Notes: generated by a model from the letters alone, not told the origin. A DNA stretch of 64,000 nucleotides from Amphiscolops sp. MND2022 (GCA_964187785.1 OZ076416.1:59210001-59274000), one strand, 5' to 3'; counted from the stretch's first letter, positions 36,601 through 50,440 are shown. Program-made: numbers and translations.

Positions 36601-38556
36601 CCAGAAGAAATATTTTCTGAATAAAAACATGGCAAAGGAGTTGAAATTTTTGAACGATCGGTTAGCTCCCAATAACAATGGCGTGCCCTCCAAAGTCAAA
36701 TCAACCCAGAATCTTGATCTTGATGAGATGGAATTTCCAAAACCTAAAAGTTTGTAACCGTTGAGCGTTCACATTGGTAACGAAATGAAACTGGATTGTA
36801 CTGGAAAGATTTATTAAATTTGACTGATTGGTCTCTCATTGATAAAATTCACAGTTTCGAAGGGTTTTTATTACCGAGTCCTAACGAAACCTACCTTTCG
36901 ATCATCAAATTGTTGTTTCTCACTTTTCGTAACGTTGTCAGCCTTGATCACCTCTCGTCGTAGCGATCAAGCTGACAGTTAAGTGGAACTGAGTTAAAAA
37001 TATTCCGTATTTGCTTGTTTTCCTGGTGCTCGTTGCTGGACTCTCCACGCACTCGACACTGAAGATCGCGTTGTTCAAGCGCGTCAGACGGCTAGTGCGG
37101 AACTCGACAAAGGGCAGAAGCAGCAGCTAAAAGAAAAAACCCCTATGAATTTTCATCGACTCTTAGTTTTTAAAAATTAAAATCTTGTTTTTTTCCTGTT
37201 TTTCACAACAAGGCTAATAAGTTTTCCAAGCTTACTTTTTTCCTTCTAACAGATCCGACTTCATTGACCCTGATTATGTCCTTTCGGATCTCCTTTGACC
37301 TGGGTACTCCTTTTGCTTGCCTGATTGATAATGTCAAAGAAACTTTAATCATAACAAGACGCCCGCTAAGCACCGGGATATTTTCCGCCAAAAATTTAAC
37401 GCTTCAGCACGGGTTCGAGCCCATGACATCGTGTCTGCCAGGTCCGCCCCCACTGGGCCACGGTGACTAAAATATGAAGTGAAAAAATTGAGTTATGGCA
37501 GAATTATAAAAAAACGCAAGACAGATTATGATTTTCCTACCCCGTACACAAATAAATTTGTGGGGCGGAAAATAATAATAAAGGACAATTTCTGCACCAC
37601 ATCTCCCGAAGCCGCGATGCTGCAGAGCAAGAACAGCTCAGTCAAAGCAAACAAAGTTTCGAGGCTGGTAGGACAGAGGTAAACTGTTGGGTTGTCAACA
37701 AATAAGTTATAGGTTTGCATCACGGTTTTCACAGTTTTCTGTATAAAACATGCAATGTTTCCATTGATGTTTCCACCCAGCAGCACCACGAAAACTGCGG
37801 ATGCCACCTCTGTGGTCTACCGGTGGGATGTGGATGGGTCATCGGTGACTACCGGTGGACTGCGATTGTTTGCCAACCCACGTCGCAGGAATTGTATTTT
37901 TAATCTAGGGTAACTTTAGATTTTGTCCAGGTTTCGGGTCTTACCCCAATTTATTGGCAACACACTTGTCCCGTCCCCCAATGACCAATGCTAGCTAAGC
38001 TAATGTGCCTCGCTTTTGCACAGGCTTCCAAGCTGAACATAGTTTTTGTTTACGGGACATAGAGTCGAAATATTGGGTTGATTGACGTCCTTTTGAAAGT
38101 TTTACGTCCTTTGAAATTCGCTATTTGGCTGTGAAGCTACATCACCGTTATTTCACCTTGTAAATTCTGTTAAACAAAGCAGTCACTGCATCAGTTTGTA
38201 ACTAACTGAAGGGGGAGGGACTAAATTTCGTCGGGGTGGATTTTTGGTGGTAAAAGACGGAGTGGGCACAAACTACGATCTAAGGAATAAAATCAAAACG
38301 CATTTCTGTAACTAAGATCTTAAGAACTAAGATCTAAATGTCATTTTTCGTAACTAAGATCTAGAGAATGCCAGCTCCCGAATCGTAACTAAAGTCTAAA
38401 TTTTAGACGTTATTTCCGTTTTAGACGTTATTACCATTTTTTAGTTGTTATTCCCAATTTGGAATTGATTTGAAGTATAAGACGTGCCCCGGATATATCC
38501 CCATTTCCTTTAGATCTTAATTCTTTAGATCTTAATTAAGATCTATCCCTGCATCG

Positions 38557-39170
38557 ACTGTGTCCCTGCATCGGGTGGTTCGAAAATCAACATCATGATT
38601 CATGGCAAATAAATCACCTCAAAGTTTTTCACCATTCATTTTCAAAAATGACGACAAAAGTTCGCTGGAAATGTGTAGATTTGTGGTGAAATTTATTGAG
38701 CCATGTAAAACGTACAAATGAAAAGGGCGCAAAAGCAAATTTAAAAAGCTCCTTTTCCCCAAAAATGAGCAGTCTCCATTGGGTTGCAAATATGGGGTCT
38801 ATTCCGTCTTTGGGGACCATAACTAAAGTCTAAGGAATAAGATCTAAAGAAATTTCGTAACTTAAGTTACGAAATTTCTTTAGATCTTATTCCTTAGACT
38901 TTAGTTATGGTCCCCAAAGACGGAATAGACCCCATATTTGCAACCCAATGGAGACTGCTCATTTTTGGGGAAAAGGAGCTTTTTAAATTTGCTTTTGCGC
39001 CCTTTTCATTTGTACGTTTTACATGGCTCAATAAATTTCACCACAAATCTACACATTTCCAGCGAACTTTTGTCGTCATTTTTGAAAATGAATGGTGAAA
39101 AACTTTGAGGTGATTTATTTGCCATGAATCATGATGTTGATTTTCGAACCACCCGATGCAGGGACACAGT
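38557..39170. repeat. 614-bp perfect spacerless palindrome (307-bp arms)
   Basis: Centre CTTAAG at 38861-38866. The track shows identical ORFs at 38629..38820(-) and 38907..39098(+), and the arms match by eye to 38557/39170. Confidence 0.95.
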
Positions 39171-39637
39171 GCACTTTGGTTGCGGTAGTTGTGAGTTTGG
39201 TTGGTTGGTTGTCAAGTATGACAAAAATACTTCAAGTCATTGAGTTGTTGTGGCTGCCAATGCATGCTAGCCAAGTGTGAACAAGTTGTTGACAAATAGT
39301 GAATAAAACACAACATTTGGGCTGTCACTGGGAACTTGTTCACACTTGAGCGTTGAACGAAAGCTGCTAAGAAGTGTCAAAGTGTCAGTTGAAGAGATTA
39401 ATCAGAACAACATGGCCTACGATGGCCAGTGGTCAGCATGTCTTGTCATTGTTCCCACCGCCTAATGTTAGCAGTAGTCAGTCCCCCCTGCTTGTCAAAA
39501 TGCTTGCCACAACTACTACACAAGACTTCACTTCCATATATACTAAATTTGAACAAAATCTTTAACAATACTCTCACCACAACCGTTCAATACCATCCCA
39601 ATAAAGAGTAGGAATAGACATCAGACAAAGTAACCAA

Positions 39638-40070
39638 CAACAAGCCGGGAACGGCCAAAGTCGGCGCTATATCTAAGACTCAAAATGCGCGAAGTTTTTA
39701 AAATTGTAAAAAGGTGGACCTTTTGGGCTTTTAGAAACTCCAGTTTGTTCCAAAGTATGAAAAGGCGATCCCTTTGGAGACATTAAAAATTTTTCCAGTA
39801 ACAAAATTCGAAAAAATGTCTCATAGTGCCGAAAAAAAATTGGAAATGTCTAACTTTGGACCCTTATTATGTTTTCCAGGACGTCCGTTTCTTTCTTTTT
39901 TTGTTTTGCACAAGGTTCTGAGATTTCGAGTGTTTTGAACCTCCGCGTTTTGAACCTCCCCCAAGTTGTTGAACAAATGAACTGAACAAAAAAGTGGACC
40001 TTTCGTGTCTAAAAAAACTACCCACTGTAAGAGTCGGGCACATTTTCTACTAAAATGCGCCGACTAAAAA
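39638..40070 (-). mobile_element. HINE copy
   Basis: AACAAGCCGGGAACGGCCAAAGTCGGCGC ... AGTCGGGCACATTTTCTACTAAAATGCGCCGACTAAAAA. Confidence 0.85.
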
Positions 40071-40654
40071 GGAGTTTATTCATTTAGGTTTATGCTTATA
40101 TCGAAAAAGACAAATAACAAAAGCAGTAAAGCATCAAAGAAGACAGAAAAAAAGCGAGTATCTGTCTTTAGAGCCGATTATACAGCAACGTTTTAAATTT
40201 CGGTCAAATGGGCTTTTTGGTCGATCCTGAATCAACTTGACCGAATGAACCTAAAGTTTTTGTGGCTCAACTAAGAAGTCGAACGGCACAGGATTGTCAG
40301 CTATTAACATGATGAATAAGAGGCGCATTGGCACTGTGTAATTTTTGTGTATTCTAACATTTTCATTCGCTAAAAAGAATGCAAAATTAGCCAATGCAAT
40401 AATTTTAAGCGAATAATTTGACACAAAATATTGGCTGTGACTTGGCTTTTTATTTTTCTATAGATCCTTTAGTCGTTGACAGTTTTGATCCAGAAAGTTT
40501 TGGCTGCCTCGCCCAGTAGAGCTTCGGTCGAACGGTTAATCAATGTGCAGAATCCAAGGCGAACTAGACTTTGCCCAGAAAGTTTCCAAAATTGTTACAT
40601 TTAAAGTAAAATTCTGAAATATAAATGAACATTTTGAAAATCAGTTTTTTAATT

Positions 40655-40765
40655 AGCGATAGCGTTAGCGATTTGCGAACCCATTTTGTTTCAGCGATAG
40701 CGATGAAATCGAGCTATTAGCGATGTTAGCGATTAGCGATAAAATGGTTAGCGATCACACCTCTG
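40655..40765 (-). mobile_element. One end of a DNA transposon with TAGCGAT subterminal repeats (hAT-like CAGAGGTGTG terminus)
   Basis: About 7 (T)AGCGAT motifs end in CACACCTCTG. The partner end was not found. Confidence 0.35.
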
Positions 40766-42242
40766 TTTTAGACCTCAAATGTTTGACGTAAAAATTCTGG
40801 AATAATTCAATTTTGTTAAGTCTCTACTGGTCTGAAAAGTAGTTCATGTATTTATCCAAATACACTTCCGAGATACAATACCGGAAAAAGTATTCACCTT
40901 CACTTCATCTTCGTAAGGTTCATTATAATTCGGGGTTAACGTGAAAAATTCAAATGAAGAGAGTTTTATAGTTTTATTCTCCAACCGAAATCGGTTATTT
41001 ATATTGTTGTTGAAGTTGGAGGAATACAAAATTCACCGGTTCTCAGTCGAACCCAAAACTCATAGTGGCGGTACGTGCAATCATAGACAAACGTTCGCGT
41101 TTTTCACCGTTTTTTGATTATGTGGACGGTAGTTTTGTTGGTAATTCAAAATGAAACGATACAAATTTCGACAATTTGGCTATAGCATAATTTTCAAGAA
41201 AAGACGTTGTATCAGAAAGCGAAATTAATGAAATTCACTTTTTAAAGATACAGCCCATGTTGAGGACTCCCTGCGAATCTGTACTGATCTGTACTGATCT
41301 GTACAGAGCCTGACAGATATTCTAGGATTGTTCAAAAATTGAATAGTTATAAATTGAATTTTTAAAATGAAATTAGTTAAAAAGTGCTCTACGAAAGAAA
41401 TACGCCTCTTTTTTGAAGCTTTATAAGGATTTGTTAAAAATTCACCATACGAAAATGGCCAATAAATTAATATAACGTATCCCGAGTTTCCAGTAATTAC
41501 TAAAGCTACTCCAGCAAACCATGTTGCCGAAATATTGCAACCACAGCACTTTATCAACACCTCTACCAACACAGAACGTTGCCACATGTCAAATTTCATC
41601 CGTCAAAACGAAGTCAATATGGCAAACGAGCCTCTGAAAGTTGAAAAACCACTTGTGGAAAATTCAAGTGAAATGGATAAATTACCGTGTATAACCAACA
41701 CCGATCATTCCCCAGACACCAAATTTACCGTGATGGGGACAAGATTTCCTGCTCAAGAATTTTGGGTGATGGAGAGTTTCAACTGACTGAGCCTTGGTCA
41801 GCCAAAATATTTATTGAAGTAGCCCAAAAATGAAATGCATAGTTTCTGTATAAGATCCGGAAACAATGTTTCCTGAAAAATCTGTACCGAAAATCTTTGA
41901 ACATCTGTAAAGGTCCTTGAAGATCTGCAGTTGTCCTTACGTAGCAGTGGCACGATTTTTACAGATCCTCAAGGAAAATTGGCTCACAGGTCTTCACAGA
42001 TTCTCAAGGAAAGCTCAACATGGGAGAACTTTGACACCAACTACAACTTATTGGTGAACAAACAATTCAAAAAAGCGTATAATGCCGGAAAAGACCCAAA
42101 GGAGCAGACCCTATCTGTCTAGAAAAAATTTTTTTTAAAAAAACAATAAGATCCAAACCGTGTATATATTTAGTTTCCATAAAAGTCATACAGTGCTGAC
42201 ATTACCCGAAAGTGAACCCTTTAGGAGTGAACAACCCGTCTT

Positions 42243-44835
42243 GCCGGGAACGTCTAAAGTCGTCGCTAAATCTGAAGTCCAAAAAGCGCAAAATTTTTAA
42301 AGTATGTCAAGAACGTTTTTATGAAAAGCTCAGAAAACAGTTTCGAGACACCCAAAGAGTGCCATTCATGCTCGCTAAGACTCGGAAACTACTTTTTCTC
42401 CAACTAGAAAGAACTTTCGGAAAATATCGCATAGTGCCGAAAACCCTAAGCAGTCCTCTATGTTCGCAAAACGTTTCGTTTCTAGTAAAAGTCAAGGGGG
42501 CTCTGATGAAAACAAATTTGAAAAAAGTCGCATAATGCCGGAAAAAGAATGGTTTTAAAAAACAAGTTCGGAAATAACGTGCTGGTTCACTGAGTGAAAA
42601 CCAAATTTCAAAACAAAAAGAATCATTTTAAAAAATCTTACAACGCCGAAATTTGTAGAAAGAGGGGCTGTTTGGGTTTTTTGAAAATCAAGTTTGTTGC
42701 AAGATATCAAAAACATTAAATGAACGACTCTTTGAAAACATTGACAAATTTTCGAAAAATAGGAAATTTGAAAAGGGGGACCCTTTGGTATTTATTAACT
42801 AACATCCATTCTGTTGCAAAACGTCACAAAATTGTAGGGCGGACCCTTTGGTGCACTCTAAAAATTTTTGAAAAAAGTCATTGTGCCGAAAAAAAATCCA
42901 TGTTAAAACACCAAGATAGCCAAAGGGCGATCCTTAATATGTTTTCCAGGTTCTGGACGTCGGTTTTGTTTCGGACGAGGTTCTGACGTATCACATGTTT
43001 TGAACATGCTTAGTTAAAGTTGAAGAAATGAACGAAAAAGTGGACCTTCCAGTGTGAGGCTGGAGAAAAATAAACAAGACGGGAACGTCTAAAGTCGGCG
43101 CTATATCTATGGCTCAAAAAGCGCAAAACATTTTTTTTGGAAAAAAACTTGAAATTTTCGAAAAAAATTTCTTTCGGGAAATGTCGCACAGTGCCAAAAA
43201 ATGTAAAAGGGGGACCCTTTTTGATTTATAAACTTGCATTCTGTTGTAAAATAACAAAAAACTCAAAGGGGGACCCTTTGGGGACGTTAAAAATTTTCGA
43301 AAAAAAGTCGCACAGTGCCGAAAAAAATCGAAAGGGGGACTCTTTAATCTCGTCCGGTTTTGTAGGTTACCTTGAAAAAGTAAAAAATGAAAGGGGGGAC
43401 CCTTTGCACTCAGTATTCTTTGGCCCCTTGGACGGACTGGGCGCCTTAGGTGGTTTGAGAATTGTTTCTAAAAAGTGGATCGATCAGTGTGAGGATTGTA
43501 GTCTGGAGAAAAAACAAGCCGGGAACGGCCCAAGTCGGCGCCATATCTAAGGCTCAAAAACAGCAAAAGGACTTCAAAGTGTCAAAGTATACTCTTCTAC
43601 GGTACCGGAAAAACCCAAAAGTTGAATCGAATTGGCGCACCAGAGGGGACACTTTGAAATTTTTCATCCATTCTTTGGCAAATCATCAAAAAAATTGAAA
43701 GAGGGCCACTTTTGGTGAAAATTTTTTTCGAAAAAAAGTCTCACAATGCTGAAAAACCTGAAAGGGGGACCCTTTGGGATTTTTCAACATCCGTTCTGTC
43801 GGAATACTCCAAAAGTTGAAGGGGGGACCCTTTGGGGAATTTTTTTTTCTAAAAAAAGTCTCACAGAGCCGAAAATACTCTAAGGGAGTACCCTTTGGTC
43901 CCTTTGAGTTTCTTAGATGATGTAAAATACTACTTCGCAAGTTTTTGCGCCAGTATTTTAAATTTGATAAGTAAGAATTGTAAGATTTTAAGATTGTAAG
44001 AATTGTAAGAAAAGTGGACCGATCAGTGTGAGGATTGTAGTCTGAAGAAAAAACAAGACGAGAACGTCTAAAGTCGGCGCTATATCTAAGGCTCAAAAAG
44101 CGCAAAACATTTTTTTCGAAAAAAACTTGAAATTTTCGAAAAAAACTTGAAATTTTCGAAAAAAATTTTTTTAAGGAAAATGTCGCACAGTGCAGAAAAA
44201 AATCAAAAGGGGGGACCCTTTAGCCTCGGACGGTTTTGTAGATTACGTTAAAAAAGTACAAAATGAAAGGGGGGACCCTTTGGAGACAAAAAAAATTTTC
44301 GAAAAAAAGTCGCACAGTGCCAAAAAAAAGTCAAAAAAATCGAAAGGGGGGACTCTGTAGTCCCGTCCGATTTTGTAGGTTACCTTGAAAAAGGTTTGCA
44401 CTGAATTTGCCTTGGCCTTATTTGCCGGACTGGGCGCCTTAGGTGGTTTCAGGATTGTTTCTAAAAAGTGGACCGATCAGTGTGAGGCTGAAGAAAAAAA
44501 AAGGTCACTGCTATAGTCGGGCATTTTTCCTTAAAAGGAAAACGCGCCGACTAAAAACAGTCACTGCTATAGTCGGGCATTTTTCCCTTAATGGAAAAGC
44601 GCCGACTAAAAAACAGTCACTGCTATAGTCGGGCATTTTTCCCTTAAAGGAAAAGCGCCGACTAAAAAACAGTCACTGCTATAGTCGGGCATTTTTCCCT
44701 TAATGGAAAAGCGCCGACAAAAAACAGTCACTGCTATAGTCGGGCATTTTTCCCTTAATGGAAAAGCGCCGACTAAAAAACAGTCACTGCTATAGTCGGG
44801 CATTTTTCCCTTAAAGGAAAATCGCCGACTAAAAA
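42243..44835 (-). mobile_element. Stack of 4 HINE bodies followed by 6 tandem ~55-bp terminal units
   Basis: AACAAG-hairpin-AGTCGGCGC ends occur at ~42243 (degenerate), 43072, 43512 and 44051. Six GTCACTGCTATAGTCGGGCATTTTT...GCGCCGACTAAAAA units span 44504-44835. Confidence 0.85.
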
Positions 44836-45199
44836 CATATTTTTCTTTTGAAATTGTCAAAAACAAAAAAGTAGACCACATAGCGACAAAAGTTTTTCGA
44901 AAAAAATGAAATGTCATAAAAAAACGAAGGAGCGCTTTGGTCTGATTCAGTTTTGTTTCTGAAATAGTCAAACAAGTGAACGATTAAAAGAAAGTCTTTC
45001 GTTGCACCCTGATGCACGTTTAGATTTTAAGCAAAATAAATGAAGTCAAATAAATAATAGACTTTTCCCCAAATTGACACATTTTAAAAATTGGAAGCGT
45101 AAAGCAAAAATTTCGGTAATTCAAGATTCAAAAAAGTGACAGAATATTCAAGAAAAATTTTACCAAAAAGTATTTTTGGGAGTTTTTCTTGTGAAGAAA

Positions 45200-45480
45200 C
45201 GTTTTCTCGGAGACATATGCGCACAGTCCAATGGGTCCTCTAAGCTCTCAAGTTGCTGAAATTAATTAACAACACAAGTGTTCAACAACACTTTTGAACC
45301 CTCTATTGTACAACTATGTTTTTGAGCCAATTCAAGTTGATGTATTCTATGTTTCGCAGAGAGAAACTTTTTTCTTCTTCATCGATTTCAGGCCAGCCTT
45401 CTTAAGATTGCTGCGCATATTTTCAGGATGCACAGTTTGCCCCGTCATCAATGAGAGATCACGTGCAGCCAGACCTGTAT
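45200..45480 (-). pseudogene. Tc1-like transposase remnant
   Basis: TGQTVHPENMRSNLKKAGLKSMKKKK / KHRIHQLELAQKH resembles the Tc1 segment TVRRxLxxAGL...KKP...HRxxRLxFAxxH. Confidence 0.5.
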
Positions 45481-46899
45481 TTCGGATTCGTCAGAAGAGA
45501 AGTTTTTTGAAATTTGATGATAATCCTTTTTTTATATACCCAAAATTCTCCTCTTTGTTGACTACGAAGTGATTATCATTGATCTTGATTTTCGAAAGAG
45601 TTGTTGGGTGTTCACAGAGATTATGAGCTATGAGATGATCAAGCCAATTTTCACTTCGTGACCATACTTCACAGACGAAAAAGGTTGGTGGAACCAATTG
45701 GTTTTTTGGTGTTTTCGCCTTGTTGTTTCTCAGCAGTTCGTTCTATTCCTTCTATATGTCAAATTTCGCGATGAGCATAAGAAGATGGACGCGTGAAATG
45801 AATGAGAAAAAACCCGTGGATAAAACCAAAAAGGATCATTTGTTTGCAACATTTTGTGTTCGTCTCGAAAGTTGCAATGACCGTTTTTTGGGCAGTTTTG
45901 GACAAATTTTTGCTCTTTTGGCTTAGATCCGAGTCATAAAATTTTGATGTCATTGCGAACGCAGGAGCATTTTTTGGTGTAGAATAACTGCTAAATTTAT
46001 GAAATTCGTTCGGACACTTTCTCAGAGAATTGAAGTTTTCAGTGAAAAGTCTGGAGAATTTAAAAGGTACTTAGTGCATTAGTAGTAGAAATTTTCCCGA
46101 CTCTTAAAAACTCCAATGAGAGGATCCTTTGGTAAAGTAAAAGATATTCGAGGAAGTTCCACATTATAACAATGAAGCGAAGAGAAATGAGAAATCCTTT
46201 TGGAACTGTTAATTCAAGTGGTTTCGAAAAATCACTGTCAAAACAAACAACTAAAATCACAGACAGTTAAAAAAGGGTACCATATAAAATACCGAAGGAC
46301 TTGAAAAATTTCCTGAAAAAACTGGTTGAAATTCAATAATAACGCGAAACCTGTTTTTAATGGGCGAAAAAGTTCAGACCTAAAACTCATTCTCTTCTTG
46401 GGTATATAGTTCAAACAAAATTGATCCAGGTGCAAATTTGCCAGCGAGTATCTAGTTTAATAAATAAACGAAAACGTACTTGATTATCAGGTCTTCATTC
46501 AAAAGCAAAGCTTCGAATACATCACTGTTTCAACTCAAAAACGTTTTTTCAGGACATTGGAGTTGTGGAAGTTCAAGATTTGGCGATTTCATAAAAATCC
46601 GATTGCCTTTGCGCGAAGCCCAGAATGAAGAAAAACTATTATCACGTTTCTAGACCGTCGGATTAGTAAAAGCAGCTGAAATGGCTAATATTAGTGACAT
46701 TAGCGCATTCTTTTAATGCTTATTTGACAAACCGGTGTTTACCTGGTCAACGATGCTTTCAATCACAGAGGATGAAAGGCTTACCGTGACGTCAGCGATG
46801 TGATTTTTCGAAACGACTGAGATATAGTTGATCTATTAAAGCGGGTTTTATTAGGTTTCACTTTTGAATGAACCGAGGGGGACCCAACCGGCGAACCCA

Positions 46900-48040
46900 C
46901 CCCTTGTTGGATTCACTCTCATTTGTCGGAGACCAATCACTGTGGAGACCTGAGACTTGGCAAACGTATACCTGAACTGTTAATCTACTAGTTTTTGAAA
47001 TGTTGTATCTGAGCCGAGACCCACAGGTCCTGAGCGAATACCAACGGAAGTGCACTCTGTAGACCATCCTACGGGTGCGTCGAACGAGCTCGAAAAAAAA
47101 GTGGTATTATACATGGACTTGATATATCATAGTTTGCGTAAGAGGCCGTTTGCGTATACCTAAGACACTCTGTAGGGAGAGCACTGACCATATGTGAACA
47201 AACCCCGATTAATATCTAAATAGTCACCTGTTGATCCACGATAATCATGAAACTCACATACTTACCCTCCAAGATACTCACTTAGCAACACATATTAAAG
47301 TAGAAGCAAGTTACACTAATCAGTCCGTAGCGCGAAGATTATTGTTTATTTAAGTCACGCGGGACCGGACTCGTGCCCCCCCCCCAGAAAGGCAACTGAT
47401 CCTGGCTGGTAATACCATACCTCAAACAAACCGCAATAACGAACGTTGTGGATTACGAACGTGAATGAAAGTGTATTTGCAGCCCATCAGGGGGTAACTA
47501 CTTTTAGTAAACAAGGGATACGCAGAACATGTAACTTATGGGCCATTGACCCTAGGACTATACAACTTAGCCTGTAGCAATGTTACATAATACCGAGAAG
47601 CTTCAATGTCACGGGTGACCCACGAAACATAGAAAACGATCTTTTAAACATGTAAAAAGCGTCATTTGCTATATAATTTGTGCAATTCGGTTAAGCGAGA
47701 TGAATTGCGATGAACCGCGCTCAGAATGAAGTAAAGTACCCTCCAAGTGCAGAGAACATGTAAACCATGTAATTGAAAGTCATGGAACAAAACTCTTGAC
47801 ACGGGAAACATCTAGGACGATTTGAATTATGTCGAATGCGAACTTCGAAGAAGTTGTTGAACTGTTTTCGTTGGCGGCAAATAATGTTTAGCCGACGTGT
47901 AAATAGAGGCGTTTGCCTTACCATAAAAGGAATGGGTTAACATGAAAGTGTGGACCACATGCAAACTGCAGATGCCGACGCTCAGTAGGATAAACAACAA
48001 GTATGATAGCATGTGAAAATGAAACCACTAGAAACACGTG
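46900..48040 (-). pseudogene. Decayed protein-coding sequence of unknown family, copy 2
   Basis: Homologous to 17050-18130 (see copy 1). Confidence 0.6.
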
Positions 48041-49199
48041 CGATGAATGCACATAAATGAGGTGGTGTTGGAGTCTACAGAAAGAGACACAACGGAGTTA
48101 GAGAGCTACATGCAAGTTGAGCTTCGAGACAGGGGCAAGAAACTTGGCTTAGCGAAAAAGACTGATTCGTCGCAGGTACTGAAGCTAGAGATAAAAATTC
48201 TACAAGTTGGGAACTTGTATTCTGAGCTTCAACTTTGTTCGCTGAATCGCGAACAATTTTCAATTGGTGATAATTGTTACCGGACTAGACTCGATTTTCT
48301 TTATAAAAAGTAATTTGAGTATCACCTATTTTTTTTCATTTTGAGAGAGTCGAAATACTTGAGCTACTGGAGTGATTTTGCTTACACGATAGAAAGAGCC
48401 GAAAAAAGTAGTTTTTTTCTGATAAAGTTAGACTCTTGGAAACTTCTCTCCGCCCTCAATATCTAACTTCTATACACTAAAGACAGAAAGCGACGAAGGA
48501 AACTGACCAAGCAGGTTTGGAAGAGTTTTATTACTGGAATTTTAGCACTCGGAGCTCTTTAGCAACTACTTCTCAAAGTAAAAGTCACTGAGGTTTAATT
48601 AGACAAAAAGATAGTTTCAAGATACAGTTAAAATACAAGCTAACAGAGCAACTTGTTCTTATTTTGTTGAACGCGATTGAAGTTGTTTTTCCAAAAAGCA
48701 ATGTTTCACGTACCGAATAAGCCGAAATTGTAGAGGAAGGCGCCTTCTTAACGCAAAATTTCGAAGGCATTAAATATAATGAGCAACTTTTACCTGTCAA
48801 TCAATGTAAACAATATGATTATGTCGACACCATTCATTTTTTTCGATCGGAGTTTCATCGCAAACGATGTCGACATAAGGTTTTTGAACCTCATTTATTT
48901 TCTCCGTGGTCGATTCTGGGGGGGGGGGGTGTTTTGTGGGGGAGTGTTTTGCAGTAAAAACATGGTTCAACTGTTGTAACAAATGCAATACATGTTCCAG
49001 TTTTGGGTCTACGGGTGAACGTGATCCATGTGGAAGTTTCGAACATGCTTTTTTGTCAACATGCCAGCATTTTGCTTACTGCTGTGAGACATTGAATGTC
49101 CTTACATTTCCCCCTTTATTCATTCCCTCTTCGCCTACCCATCCAACCGTTTTGAGAGGAACGCTTGAGAATAAAGCAGAATTTGGGGAAAAGCATCGA

Positions 49200-50440
49200 T
49201 GCTTGTTTCATTCAGTCAGTCAGTCAGTCAGTCATTCATTATGGCTTCATTTATGCTTCTCTTGTGTTTTTTCTTCTTTTTTCGTTCATTGCTGGCTGGT
49301 GGTTACTGCTTTTGTTCACACTTTCTCTCACGCTACTTCTGTTAACTACAGTGTACAGTGTACGGTGGTGGTGCATTGGTTGGTAGTAGCTGAGGCTGCC
49401 GCTAAAGTGATTGACAGTTGCGGTGGATGGTTGAAATTGACATGCTGTCAACAACCTGTCAGCGGGGAAACATGGTAGGCAGCATTGGTCGATACAGCTA
49501 ACAGATTGACACCTCTCATTCTCACTTTCTTTTCTCTTTCTTTAATTCTCTTCACATCCCCCCTACTCCGCTCAACTTGACTGATGCTTCTAGGCTTCAC
49601 CACGCCAACACTTTACGGTAGCTTACAGAATACGGTATGTCGTCGTATCTACAGTAATACTGTACGGGGGTACCTCCATAAATACTACAAACACCACTGT
49701 ATATAATACATACCCTGTTTCGGGATGTCGACTAACTACTGTAGAGGTCTCTTGTTTCCTTTCATTCCCATTTTGTCCCTCCCGCGATGGTGGTTGAGAA
49801 GCGATTGACGGACCATGTTACAGTATCCCCTTCTAACATACGTCTCAAGACAGACCGTGGACCGTTATCCTATTATCCTAGTCCTAACCTTCCTTTTCCA
49901 CCCGCTGGTCGTTCTGGTGCACCTAGCTCAATTCCCAAACGAGGGGGTATCCCGGTATCTTAACTATCCTAGCCCTATGTCGAGAAAAACCCCGTCAATA
50001 CTACAGCCAACACAGCCTGTCCTCCATGTTTTTATAAATCGACGTGCGCACATCACAGTACTGTAGCACACTGCTGTCGAAAATACCGCACACTGCCCGC
50101 ACAAAATTAAGGAAGAAGAAAATGTCGATCAAGTAAAATAAAGCTAAGCAGTAGCCACAAAAAACGGGCGTCTTGTGTCAATCACAAATCTCACTGGCAA
50201 ACAATTGCCTTCAACCTCCCCTAACCAACCACAGATCCAACTATCTCCCTGTTGTCTTGCTACTCCGTGGTGCTACATCAAGTTCCATTCCATTGATTTA
50301 TACCCATCCTCATTGTCACATTCTTAAGTCGCCCAAATTACAACCCCCCCCCCAAAAAAAAAGACAGACACAACCTAGCCCCCCCCCCACCCCCCAAGCG
50401 TGCGTTTGATTGACGAGTAGTCCGCCTGTCAATCACTTTT
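49200..50440. promoter_or_regulatory. Non-TE island with clustered PBX-MEIS/PREP-type sites
   Basis: TGATTGACAG at 49408-49417 and its reverse complement at 50426-50435. Near matches lie at 50175 and 50407, and CTGTCA half-sites at 49445 and 49456. Confidence 0.4.

Noticed and set aside
38629-39098. Two identical 63-aa ORFs facing outward
   Set aside because: They are a consequence of the palindrome, start at a non-ATG codon and show no recognisable domain.
44504-44835. CRISPR-like array of palindromic repeats
   Set aside because: There are no unique spacers and no cas genes, the context is eukaryotic, and the units are HINE termini.
46900-48040. Plus-strand reading (PERI...VDHP, GGKECLAEV) or a TGA=Trp code for the unknown gene
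   Set aside because: This frame shares wobble positions with the opposite strand and has several TAA/TGA stops common to both copies, so it is a shadow frame. Shared TAA stops also argue against an alternative code.
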